Shown here: positions 28,199 through 37,815 of the stretch, piece by piece
Position numbering within the stretch: position 1 is the stretch's first letter
Layout of the letters: each line of letters starts with the position of its first letter
Origin: Nitrospinota bacterium
GTDB lineage: Bacteria > UBA8248
Length of the DNA: 38,424 nucleotides
Assembly: GCA_046581755.1 (NCBI GenBank)
Contig: JAYGFR010000400.1
Span: forward strand, 1-38,424
Direction: 5' to 3'
Notes under the pieces: generated by a model
The model's input: the letters and a program-made list of their open reading frames with translations, nothing else
What the model was told of the DNA's origin: nothing
Databases searched by the model: none
Program-made: the position numbers and the translations under genes

Positions 28199-31100
28199 AT
28201 GGCGCGGAAATACCGCATCGGCATCGATGTGGGAGGCACGTTCACGGATCTCGTCGTGGCCAGCGAGGGAGGGCGGCTGATCTGCCTGGTCAAGGCCCCC
28301 TCGCGCTCGCGCCGCCCCGAGGAGGGGGTCATCGACGCCCTGGGCCGCGCCGCCGCCAAGCTGGGCATCGGCGTGAAGGATCTTCTGGGCGATTGCGAGC
28401 GCTTCGTCCACGGCACGACGGTGGCGACGAACGCCCTGCTCACCCGCCAGGGGGCGAAGACGGGCCTCCTCGCCACCGAGGGTTTTCGCGATTCGCTGGA
28501 AATCAGGCGGGGGCTGCGCGAGAACGTATGGGATCACCGCGCCCCGAACCCCCCTCTCCTTGTGCCGCGCTACCTCCGGCTTCCGGTGGGCGGAAGAATC
28601 GGCCGGGAAGGAGAAGAGGTGGCCCCGCTCGATGAGGGGGCCGTCCGCGCGGCGGCGGAGGTCTTCGCCTGTGAAGAGGTCGAGGCGGTCGCCGTCTGCC
28701 TGTTCAACGCCTACCTGAATCCGGCCCACGAAGAGCGCGCGGAGGAGATCCTTTCGGAGGCGCTGCCCGGGGCGTTCATCGTGCTTTCCTCTCATGCCGC
28801 GCCGATCATGGGCGAGTACGAGCGCTCCTCGACGGCGGCGGTGAGCGCCTTCCTCGGGCCGCGAATCTCGGTCTACCTCCGGGAGCTCGAAGAGGCCCTC
28901 CGCGGGCTGGGCTACGCAGGGCCGCTCATGCTCCTCCAGAGCAACGGGGGGATGTCCACCGTGGCCCACTGCCGGCGGCATCCGGCGGCGCTCGTCCTCT
29001 CGGGGCCCGCGGCGGGCGCGGCGGCCGGGCGCATTTACGCCGGGGGCGCCGGGGCGGAGGATGCCGTCTTCTTCGACATGGGGGGGACGAGCTGCGACGT
29101 GACCCTCCTTCGTGGCGGGCGGCCCGGGATGGTGGACCGCTCGGCGGTGGGGGGCTACCACACCGCGCTTCCCTCGGTCGAGGTCCACACCATCGGGACG
29201 GGCGGCGGAACCATCGTCTGGGCGGATCCGGGCGGCGGGCTCCGGGTGGGGCCCGAGAGCGCGGGGGCGGAGCCGGGCCCGGCCTGTTACGGCAAGGGCG
29301 GCGCGCTGCCCACCCTGACCGACGCGCATCTGATCCTCGGGCGGCTGGACCCGCGCGGGCTGCTGGACGGGGAGATGCCCCTTTCTCCCGCTCTCGCCGA
29401 GGAGGCGCTCATAGCCCATGCGGCGGCCCCCCTCGGCCAAAGCGCCGGGGAAGCGGCGGCCGGGGCGATTCGCCTGGCGAGCCGCCAGATGGCGGGGGCG
29501 GTCCAGACCATTTGCGCGCGCCACGGGGCTGATCCCCGAGAGATGGCCCTGATCGCGGGCGGGGGCGCGGGGGCGCTTTCGGCCCCGGCGGAGGCGCGGA
29601 TCTGCGGCATGTCGCGCGTCATCGTCCCGCGCGAGGCGGCGGGGGCCTGCGCGGTCGGGATGGTGGGAAGCCCGGTGCGCTACGACCGGCTGAGGAGCCG
29701 GACCCTTCGGGTGGAGGAGACGGACGCCGCCTCCCTCGGGCGCGAGCTGGAGAGCCTCCGGGAGGAGGCCGCCGCCGAAATCTCCCGGGCGGGAAGCGAG
29801 GCCGGATCGTTCACGTTCGGCCCGGCCGTGGACATGCGCTACCCCGGCCAGGCGTGGAGCCTCACGGTCGAGGCGCCGGGCGGCCCGGAGGAAATCACTC
29901 CGGACACAATCGCCGGGCGCTTTCACGCGCTTCATGAGGCGGCCTACGGCCACCACCGCCCCGGCGAGCCGGTCGAGATCACCGGTTTCCGGATGCGCGC
30001 CGAAGCGCCCGGGGAAGGGGTCGTCTTCGATCCCGCGCCGGAGGGAGGGGGGGAGCCCACGCCCGTCTCCCGCCGGCGGGTCTACTTCGAGGCCACCGAA
30101 AGCTGGGAGGAGGCGGCCATTTACCGGGGCGCGGATCTCACGGCGGGCTCCCGGATCGAGGGCCCGGCCATCGTCGAGGAGCCCGCGACGACCGTCCTCG
30201 TCGAGCCGGGCGATGTGCTCCGCCTTGACGGTGGGGGGGGTGTTCATTATCGATATCGCCCCGGCCCGGAGCGGTTCCGGAACGAAGGATGATTCCGGCC
30301 CGGAGATAGAGAAAAAGGGCGCTCCCGATCCCGCCGCCCTCGCCATCCTCGGCCAGCGCCTCGACGTCATCGCCCGTGAGATGGGCATCATCATGCAGCG
30401 CACCGCCCGCTCCACCATCTTCAGCCAGGCGCACGATTTCTCGTGTTTCATCTGCGACCCCGAGGGCCGCCTCGTCTCCCAGGCGGACGGGCTGCCCATC
30501 CATACCGGGAGCGGCGGCTTCGCCGTGCGCGGCGTCCTGAAAGATTTTGCGAGCGACATTCACCCGGGCGATCTTTTTTTACTGAACGATCCCTACATGG
30601 GCGGCGGCAACCACCTGCCCGATTGGACGGTCATCGCCCCCGTCTTCGAGGGGGGCGGGCTTTGCGGGTTCGTGTGCAACCGCGCGCATCAGGTGGACGT
30701 GGGCGGCGGCGTCATCGGCACCTACAATTCCGACGCCACCGAAATTTTTCACGAGGGTTTCCGCATCACACCGGTGAAAATCCACGAGCGGGGCGCGGAG
30801 CGGAAAGACCTGATCCGCCTCATCCTCGCCAACACCCGCGCCCCCGAGGTCATCGCCCACGATTTCGCCGCCATGGTGGGCAGCACCCACGTCGGCGCCG
30901 CGCGCCTGGCCGATATCGCGCGCGAGAGGGGGCGGGGTGGACTCGTGGCGGGCCTGGCGGGATTGCTCGATTACTCCGAGGCCCTCATGCGCGCCGAGAT
31001 CGCCCGAATCCCCGACGGGGTCTACACCGCCACCGAGATCATGAACACCGACTGCTTCGAGCCCGCCGAAATCCCGGTCAAGCTCACCCTCACGAAATCG

Positions 31101-32036
31101 GGGACCGATATCACCGCCGACTTCACGGGCTCGGCCCCCCAGATGAAGGGTTATAAAAACTCCCCCATCGCCAACACCCACTCGGCCCTCTACGTGGGCA
31201 TCTCCTCCATCGTGGACCCGCTCATCCCCCACAACGAGGGGGCCTACCGGCCCGTCCGGATTATCGCCCCCGAGGGCACGGTGGTGAACGCCTCCTTCCC
31301 GGCCCCGGTGACGCTTTGCACCGTGTTCCCGGCGCACGAGATCGCCCAGTGCGTATGGAAGGCCCTCGCCGGGGCCGTGCCCGGGCGCGTTTCGGCGGCC
31401 TGGGGGAAGACGGCCTATCCCGTCACGGCGGGCTTTGACGAGCGGGGGGAGTTTTTCGTCGTCTACCACTGGGGCGGCGGCCCCGCCGCGGGGGCCGTCC
31501 AGGGGCGGGACGGCTTTCCGCTCATCGGGAACATGCCCACCCTGGGCGCGCTCACTGTCCCCAACTTAGAGCACTACGAGCAGGACTACCCCATGCGCTT
31601 CATACGCCAGGAGATTCGCCGCGACGGCGGCGGGCCCGGCCGCTGGCGCGGGGGGTGCGGCGTCATCTACGAGTGCGAGATCGCCGTCCCCGTCTCCTGC
31701 TCAACACGGGGCGAATCCTGCCGGACGATCACCACCTTCGGCCTCGGCGGCGGCGGGCCCGGCGCCATCGCGCGGGTTTTGTTCGGGCAAGACGGCAAAA
31801 TGGAGGACATGCCCCAGTACGCCAATGTGGACCTTCCTCCCGGCCGCCTCCTCATCGAGGGCCCGGGCGGGGGCGGTTTCGGCGATCCGCTCGACCGTCC
31901 CACGGAGGAAGTCGCCAGAGACGTGCGCGACGGCCTGGTTTCCGCCGATGCCGCGAAAAAAGACTACGGCGTGATCCTCGATCTGGTGACGTTTGAGGTG
32001 GATGAAAAAGGGACGCGGGGGTTGAGGGGGAGGTAG
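28199..32036 (+). CDS. Hydantoinase/5-oxoprolinase family protein; A and B parts apparently one fused gene with a frameshift at G8 (30233-30240)
   Basis: A part: GIDVGGTFTD, HGTTVATNAL, SGPAAG, DMGGTS, GPESAGAEPGPACY. B part: HDFSC, NDPYMGGGNHLPD, HQVDVGG, GPGRWRGG, GGGGFGDP. The A C-terminal strand 'VFIIDI' lies in the B frame, and B has no start of its own. Confidence 0.85.
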
Positions 32037-32046
32037 GTCATACCAA

Positions 32047-33213
32047 CTAGTGTGGCCAGTTCGCAGGAAGACCGAGAATAGAGCCTATGCTCTCCCCATT
32101 TTTTTTAACAGAATGTTCGTCTTCCAGGACATGCTGCGGCAGGCGATTCAAAACTGACGAATAGGGAAATTTTGGCCATGGATTATGGTATAGCCGGATT
32201 GGGGCACTCGCTAAATTAAATGGAATAACAGGAGTTCCGAATAGAACCGCACTTACGCGTGTATAGGTAGGGCTGTTTTTGCTGGTCCATAGACCATTTC
32301 GCTTTCTTCTAAATTTTATTTCATGGCTAACAGAATTGCCGACTTCAGATTCTTGTCCATAAAGCGCTTCGACTATATTAATGTTGTTTAGAGATATATT
32401 GTACGCGTTAACTGCGATTATGTACGGGAAGTCGAGTTTTTTGTATCTGCTAGCTTTCTTTTTGAGAGAATCAAGGAGCGGTAATCTTTGATTGACTTCA
32501 ACCCATTCGTCTCCTTTTGAGATCATGCCAATTGGGTGATCAGTATCACCCCTATCCTCTTTCTTTTTAGGAATAGGAAAAAAATTAATTCTCCAGCCTT
32601 GATTAACAAATTCCAGTTTTGGTAGTGAAGTAATTCCATAGTTGTTATAATTATCGGCAACTTCATCCGGGTCGATCTTTTTGAGTTCATTTGCAAGGAA
32701 ATTCACCATACTTCTTGCAGGTGGAGCAGTGGTGCCCTCTTTGATTACGTTAATGTCGAGAAAATAATTTGGGGAATTAAGACGGCGATTAATTGCATTG
32801 TGAATTTCTGATTTTCTTGAGTTTGACGCTTTCTCAACGGCAGATTCTCCTGATATGGCTACAGCTTCTAAATAAAATGAATCGCCATCTGGTGTCTGAA
32901 CAAGAAAATGTGGACGCTTTTCAGTTTCGTCGTTGGCTTTGGGATGGATAGTTACAGAACATTCCATTTTTAATAGGAGTTCATGTAAAAAAAGTTCAAA
33001 AAAAGGAGATAAATACCCATCGTCTTTGGATGAATGAAAACGTCTATGGAGTCCTTTTTGTTCTTCTTCCGGGTAATGGAGAAACCACTCTTCGAGTAAA
33101 TTTCTCATCTTTTCGAATTCAGGTCGCCCGGATCGGTTCAAATATCCGAATCTGGATTCACCGTAGGGCATATATTCGTCATCGCGTGTATCAAATTCGT
33201 CGAATAGTTTCAT
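32047..33213 (-). CDS. Hypothetical protein, AT-rich, probably horizontally acquired
   Basis: 388-aa open frame. G+C is 18/60 at 32581-32640 versus 44/60 at 29041-29100. 'KRPHFLV...FYLEAV' weakly resembles a PD-(D/E)XK nuclease core. Confidence 0.8.
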   Translation of the reverse strand: MKLFDEFDTRDDEYMPYGESRFGYLNRSGRPEFEKMRNLLEEWFLHYPEEEQKGLHRRFHSSKDDGYLSPFFELFLHELLLKMECSVTIHPKANDETEKRPHFLVQTPDGDSFYLEAVAISGESAVEKASNSRKSEIHNAINRRLNSPNYFLDINVIKEGTTAPPARSMVNFLANELKKIDPDEVADNYNNYGITSLPKLEFVNQGWRINFFPIPKKKEDRGDTDHPIGMISKGDEWVEVNQRLPLLDSLKKKASRYKKLDFPYIIAVNAYNISLNNINIVEALYGQESEVGNSVSHEIKFRRKRNGLWTSKNSPTYTRVSAVLFGTPVIPFNLASAPIRLYHNPWPKFPYSSVLNRLPQHVLEDEHSVKKNGESIGSILGLPANWPH

Positions 33214-33300
33214 GTCTTTATGAAGCAGGGCAAAAGAGAAAACTTATTCATCTTCTTGTCAATCCTAACTCAAAGTTCCTTGGGAGATGAAGCAGAATCT

Positions 33301-33377
33301 CCCTCACCCTAACCCTCTCCCGGGGGGAGAGGGGATAAAAGCTCCTTTCCCCGCCGGGGGAAGGGTGGGATGGGGGG
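33301..33377. repeat. BoxC-like palindromic intergenic element (two inverted hairpin units)
   Basis: CCCTCACCCTAACCCTCTCCC-GG-GGGGAGAGGGG, followed by the inverted degenerate copy CCTTTCCCC-GCC-GGGGGAAGGGTGGGATGGGGGG. Confidence 0.75.
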
Positions 33378-33484
33378 TTCCGTGGGTTTCTCCGGCTCGC
33401 TTTCATAGCCCCTTCATGCCGTATCTCCTTCATGCTATCCTATCCGGATAAACTCATCCGATTCATATGCGCGGAGGCTTATCC

Positions 33485-34567
33485 ATGCCGACCGAATATG
33501 CCTGGTTCCTGCCGACGGGGCAGTACGGGGACGGGCACCGGATCAACGCGGAGGTGGCCGAGCGGCCGCCGACGGTGGAATATTTGTCCGAGGTGGCGCG
33601 GGCGGCGGAGCGGGCCGGGTTCGTGAACCTGCTCACCCCGACCGGGACCCATTGCCTGGACGCTTGGATGATGGGGGCGGCCATCGCCGCGCGCACCGAG
33701 CGGATCAAGTTCTGCATCGCCTTCCGGCCCGGGCTGATGAGTCCGGTCATGGCGGCGCAGCAGGCGAACACGTTCGATATCGTGACGGACGGGCGGCTGA
33801 CGGTGAACGTGGTGACGGGCTCGACCCAGGTGGACCAGAAGCGCTACGGCGACCATCTGGACCACGACGCTCGTTACGCGCGGACCGGGGAGTTTCTGGA
33901 GATCATGGCCGCCCTCTGGCGGGAGGAGGGGCCGGTCACTTTCAATGGCGGATACTACGACATTGAAAACGCAAAAATTTTCGCGAGCCCGGTCACGAAG
34001 CCGCACCCGGCGGTCTATCTCGGCGGAAGCTCGGAGGCGGGCCGGCGCGCCGGGGCGAAGCATGCCGACGTGCACATGATGTGGACGGTGGAGCTGGACC
34101 GGGTGGTGGAGGATGTGGCGGAGATGCGGCGCCTCGCCGCGGAATACGAGCGCGAGGATGCGCTTCGCTTCGGGCTGCGGATGCATGTCGTCTGCCGCGA
34201 GACCAAGGCCGAGGCGCGGCGGGCGGCCGAGGCGCTCATCGAAGGGAGCGACATCGACCACATCCAGGTCTGGTCCGAAATGCGCAACAAGACCGAGAGT
34301 GAGGGCCAGCGGCGGATGAACGAGCTGGGCGGCCGCGATTCCCTCTGGATTACCGACACCCTCTGGATGGGTGTCAACACCGTCCGCGCGGGCGCGGGAG
34401 CGACGCTGGTGGGCACGCCGGACATGATCGCTGCGGCCCTGCGCGATTACACCGAGGCCGGGGCTTCGACGTTCATCCTCTCGGGCTGGCCCCATGTGGA
34501 GGAGGCCGAAATCTTCGGCAAAGAAGTGATGCCGCTTTTGAAGGACACCGAGCCCGTCACGCTCTAG
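33485..34567 (+). CDS. LLM class flavin-dependent monooxygenase (SsuD-like)
   Basis: GGAGG RBS; WFLPT..DG, AERAGF..LLTPTG, IAFRPG, NVVTG, YLGGSSEAG, LVGTPD, FILSGWPH. Confidence 0.92.
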   Translation: MPTEYAWFLPTGQYGDGHRINAEVAERPPTVEYLSEVARAAERAGFVNLLTPTGTHCLDAWMMGAAIAARTERIKFCIAFRPGLMSPVMAAQQANTFDIVTDGRLTVNVVTGSTQVDQKRYGDHLDHDARYARTGEFLEIMAALWREEGPVTFNGGYYDIENAKIFASPVTKPHPAVYLGGSSEAGRRAGAKHADVHMMWTVELDRVVEDVAEMRRLAAEYEREDALRFGLRMHVVCRETKAEARRAAEALIEGSDIDHIQVWSEMRNKTESEGQRRMNELGGRDSLWITDTLWMGVNTVRAGAGATLVGTPDMIAAALRDYTEAGASTFILSGWPHVEEAEIFGKEVMPLLKDTEPVTL

Positions 34568-34789
34568 CATCGGGGGCGGCTGCGCCCGCATCTCCCCGCA
34601 TTTCCGGTTAACGCTTTCAGGGTCAAATCAGCCAGGATTTCGAGTTCCCGCGGGGGGGGGCGTTACCTCGCGCGGCGTCTCACGCTGCGCCAGGTGCGGT
34701 GCCCCGCACGGTGGAGACGTTCGCCCGGGAAGGTTGGCGTTTCCGGATTTTGAGGGAGCTTGAGGAGGTTCGAGGGGATGGGTTTTGTG

Positions 34790-36148
34790 CTATAGCCGCT
34801 CGATTTTGCCCGCCCCGGCGAGCTCTTCCATCGCGCTGTCGAACGCCTCGAGGGTTTGGTCGATGTCGGCGGGGGTGTGGGCGGCCGAGGTGACGCCGCC
34901 GGTGTAGGACATGAGGTCCACCCCGCGCAGGCGGAGGGCGAGCTGGAGGGCCTGGACGGCGGCGGGGGGGATGCTCTTGAGGGCGGCAGCGCTCAGGCCC
35001 TCGACACTGCCGTTTCGGGGGGTGGGTCCGAGGTAGATGTGGAAGGTGGACGAGGGCCCGTAGACGGCGCCCGCGATCTCGTGGTGGCGGAGGACGCGGG
35101 CCATGCCCTCGCGGAGGCGGGCGGCCATGGCGTCGGCGTGGCGCTGGGGCTCGCCGGTCCGGAAGAGGCCGATGGCGGCGATGCCGGTTGCGGCGGAGAG
35201 GGGGTTGGCGTTGAAGGTGCCCCGGTGGAAGACGCCGGCGCGCATGCCCTTGTATTCGAGGGCGGGATCGAGGAGGCGCATAAGCTCTTCGCGGCCGGCG
35301 ACGGCGCCGCCGGGAAGGCCGCCCGTCAGGTTCTTGGCCAGGGTGGTGAGGTCGGGCGCGACGCCGAAGAGGGCCTGGGCGCCGCCCGGGCTCCAGCGGA
35401 AGCCGGTGATGACCTCATCGAAGATGAGCAGCACGCCGCTCGCATCGGCGAGGCGGCGGAGGCCTTCGGGGAACCCTTCGGGCAGGGGCACGGTCCCCCA
35501 CGAGGCGCCCGAGGACTCCAGGACGATGGCGGCGGTGTCCGGGTTCGCGGCGAGGGCGGCTTCGGCGCTTTCGAGATCGGCCGGGCACACGATGGCGGCC
35601 TCGTTCACGGCTGCAAGGATGCCGTGGGTGTGGGGCCGGCCGAAGGGGACCTTGATTCCGACCGAGGTGTCGTCGCCCCAGCCGTGGAAGTGGCCCTCGA
35701 AGCAAAGGATTTTCTCCCGGCCCGTCGCGGCGCGCGCCAGCCGGAAGGCGAGGGTGGTGGCCTCGGTGCCCGAGCCGGTGAAGCGCACTTGCCCGGCGGC
35801 GGGATAAAGGGATTTGACGGCTTCGGCCCATTCGACTTCGAGGGCGGTCAGCGCCGAGTAGAGGGTGCCCTTCGAGGCCTGGCGGCCCAGGGCCTCGATC
35901 ACGGCGGGGTGTGCGTGGCCGAGGAGGAGGGCGGCGCTCCCCATCGAGTAGTCGATGTATTCGTTGCCGTCAGCGTCCCACTTGCGGGCGCCCTGGGCCC
36001 GCTCGATGAAGAGGGGAAAGGGGGCGGCGGCGCGCAGCTCGCTGGTCAGGCCGCCCGCGAGGACGCCCCGGGCCTTTTCGAAAAGGGCTTTGGAGCCCTC
36101 CCTCCCGTGCTCGAAGACATCCCTCGTGGCATCATCGTTCATGGGCAT
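34790..36148 (-). CDS. Class III aminotransferase (glutamate-1-semialdehyde aminomutase-like)
   Basis: WDADGNEYIDY, LLGHAHP, SGTEAT, FEGHFHG, LIFDEVITGFR, LAKNLTGG, GTFNANP. Confidence 0.92.
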   Translation of the reverse strand: MPMNDDATRDVFEHGREGSKALFEKARGVLAGGLTSELRAAAPFPLFIERAQGARKWDADGNEYIDYSMGSAALLLGHAHPAVIEALGRQASKGTLYSALTALEVEWAEAVKSLYPAAGQVRFTGSGTEATTLAFRLARAATGREKILCFEGHFHGWGDDTSVGIKVPFGRPHTHGILAAVNEAAIVCPADLESAEAALAANPDTAAIVLESSGASWGTVPLPEGFPEGLRRLADASGVLLIFDEVITGFRWSPGGAQALFGVAPDLTTLAKNLTGGLPGGAVAGREELMRLLDPALEYKGMRAGVFHRGTFNANPLSAATGIAAIGLFRTGEPQRHADAMAARLREGMARVLRHHEIAGAVYGPSSTFHIYLGPTPRNGSVEGLSAAALKSIPPAAVQALQLALRLRGVDLMSYTGGVTSAAHTPADIDQTLEAFDSAMEELAGAGKIERL

Positions 36149-37644
36149 ACGATCCTTTCAGGGCTTGGCCCGTTTTCGGGGGGCGGCGATCTTTTTCGGA
36201 TCGCCTTGGCTAGATTTTTGAAGTCCCTGGGGTCCTTGTCTCTCAATTTATACAGGAGGACCAGGTTATCGAGGACCCGGGTGACGGAGGGGTGGGTCGG
36301 CCCCAGCGTTTTTTCCCGGATTTGAAAGACGCGGTGGAGGAGTTTTTCCGCCTGGCGAAATTTATCGGGGCGGACCTGGAAGATCAGGACATTGGCGAGG
36401 TTGTGGAGGCTCTGGGCGACCCGCAGGTCGGTTGCACCGAACATTTTTTCGCGAATATCGAGAGCGCGGCGGTGAAAATTCTCCGCCTTTTTGAACTCGC
36501 CCTTCATGCGGTTGAGTTCGCCCAAGTGGCGGAGGCTGGCGGCGACCCGGGCGTTTTTCGAGCCGAGGGCATTTTCAAAAATGCCCAGGACGCGCTTAAG
36601 GATAGGTTCGGCATCGTTGAAGCGGCGCTGGAGCATGTAGAGGCCCGCGAGATTGTTCAGGCTGAGAATGACTTGAGGACTCTCGGGACCCAGTATTTTT
36701 TCGCGCATGATCAGGGAGGCGAGGTGGTGGCGTTCGGCCTCCTTGTACCGCTTTTGTAGGCGCAGGTTTTCCGCCAGGTTGTTGAGATTCTGGGCGATAG
36801 CGAGATGCCGCGGGCCGAGGTTTTTCCTGGTGATGGACAACGAACGCCGGAGGAAGACTTCGGATTTTTGGAGTTGGCCCTGGGTCTGAAGCACGACCCC
36901 CAGGTTGGAGAGGGTTTTCGAGATCGCGAGATGTTCCCGGCCCAGGGTTTTTTCCTGGATAGCGAGGAGCCGCCGGAGGAGGGGCTCCGATGGTTTGAAT
37001 TTTCTTTGGGCGTGATAGGTGAGCGAAAGCTTTTCGAGGATGTAGGCCGTCCGGGGGTGAGTGGGGGGAAGTTTCTTGTCGAAAACCGCGAGCGCGCGGC
37101 GGTAGAGGAGTTCGGCTTGGCCGAACTTGCGCTGCAGGCGGTAGACGTCGGCGAGGATTTTCAGGCTGAACCCCGTTTTGATGTGCCCGGGGCCAAGGGC
37201 TTTCTCACGGATGGCGAGCGCCCGCCGGAATAATTTCCCCGCGGTTTTCAACTGGCCCAAGGCCTGGTGGAAACCGCCCAGGTTGTTGAGGGCGACCGCA
37301 ACGCTGGGATGTTCCGGGCCCAGGGCCTCGATCCGGATGCGCAGGGAGCGGTCGAACAACGGGCGCGCTTTTTTATACTGCTTCAGCGACTGATGAATCA
37401 TCGCCACGTTATTGAGAATCTGCGCAAAGCGGAGATGGCCGGGGCCCAGGTTTTTTTTGATGATGGCGAGCGAGCGCCGGAGGAGCGGCAGGGCGGTGGC
37501 GGGGTGCCCTGCCTGCAGCAGCCTGACCGCGCGGTTCTCGAGCCGTTTCACCTCTTCGAGCGGTTTGGTGGCGGGATACGACGGCGAGGCGCAGGCCATG
37601 AAGACAATGAGAGCGGCAAAGAGAGGCCGTGTGATTCGGGTCAT
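36139..37644 (-). CDS. Secreted tetratricopeptide repeat protein (42-aa kinesin-light-chain-type repeats)
   Basis: Signal-like N-terminus MTRITRPLFAALIVFMACASPSYP; about ten repeats of 'RALAIREKALGPxHxxxAxxLNNLAxxY'. Confidence 0.88.
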   Translation of the reverse strand: MTRITRPLFAALIVFMACASPSYPATKPLEEVKRLENRAVRLLQAGHPATALPLLRRSLAIIKKNLGPGHLRFAQILNNVAMIHQSLKQYKKARPLFDRSLRIRIEALGPEHPSVAVALNNLGGFHQALGQLKTAGKLFRRALAIREKALGPGHIKTGFSLKILADVYRLQRKFGQAELLYRRALAVFDKKLPPTHPRTAYILEKLSLTYHAQRKFKPSEPLLRRLLAIQEKTLGREHLAISKTLSNLGVVLQTQGQLQKSEVFLRRSLSITRKNLGPRHLAIAQNLNNLAENLRLQKRYKEAERHHLASLIMREKILGPESPQVILSLNNLAGLYMLQRRFNDAEPILKRVLGIFENALGSKNARVAASLRHLGELNRMKGEFKKAENFHRRALDIREKMFGATDLRVAQSLHNLANVLIFQVRPDKFRQAEKLLHRVFQIREKTLGPTHPSVTRVLDNLVLLYKLRDKDPRDFKNLAKAIRKRSPPPENGPSPERIVCP

Positions 37645-37766
37645 GCTTTTCGTCTTCTCCTCCCGGCGGAGAGGCCCCAACGTTTCTGGCGATGTTTCGG
37701 GCGGCATTTCGGCGCGCTTCATTCTACTTGGCGCGGCCGGGGGATAGGAAGCGTGACCGTGGATGC

Positions 37767-37809
37767 AAAAAGGCCCGTCCCCTGAGCCTAAAGGTTCAAG
37801 GGACGGGCC
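37767..37809 (-). terminator. Rho-independent terminator of the Pro/Gly-rich gene
   Basis: AAAAA-GGCCCGTCCC-CTGAGCC-TAAA-GGTTCAA-GGGACGGGCC, a few bp beyond the stop at 37816. Confidence 0.8.
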
Positions 37810-37815
37810 CGAATA

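Noticed and set aside
28145..30559. 804-aa minus-strand ORF and similar long shadow ORFs (e.g. 4212-5900, 14781-16226, 34856-36325)
   Set aside because: Antisense to well-supported genes, no motifs, and expected at high GC.
33248..33433. 61-aa ORF containing PLSPRERVRVR
   Set aside because: Translation of the BoxC-like repeat, not a gene.
34790..36148. Assigning hemL (and likewise metE, ssuD, betC to other genes)
   Set aside because: Only family-level similarity is visible; motifs and context do not support orthology.
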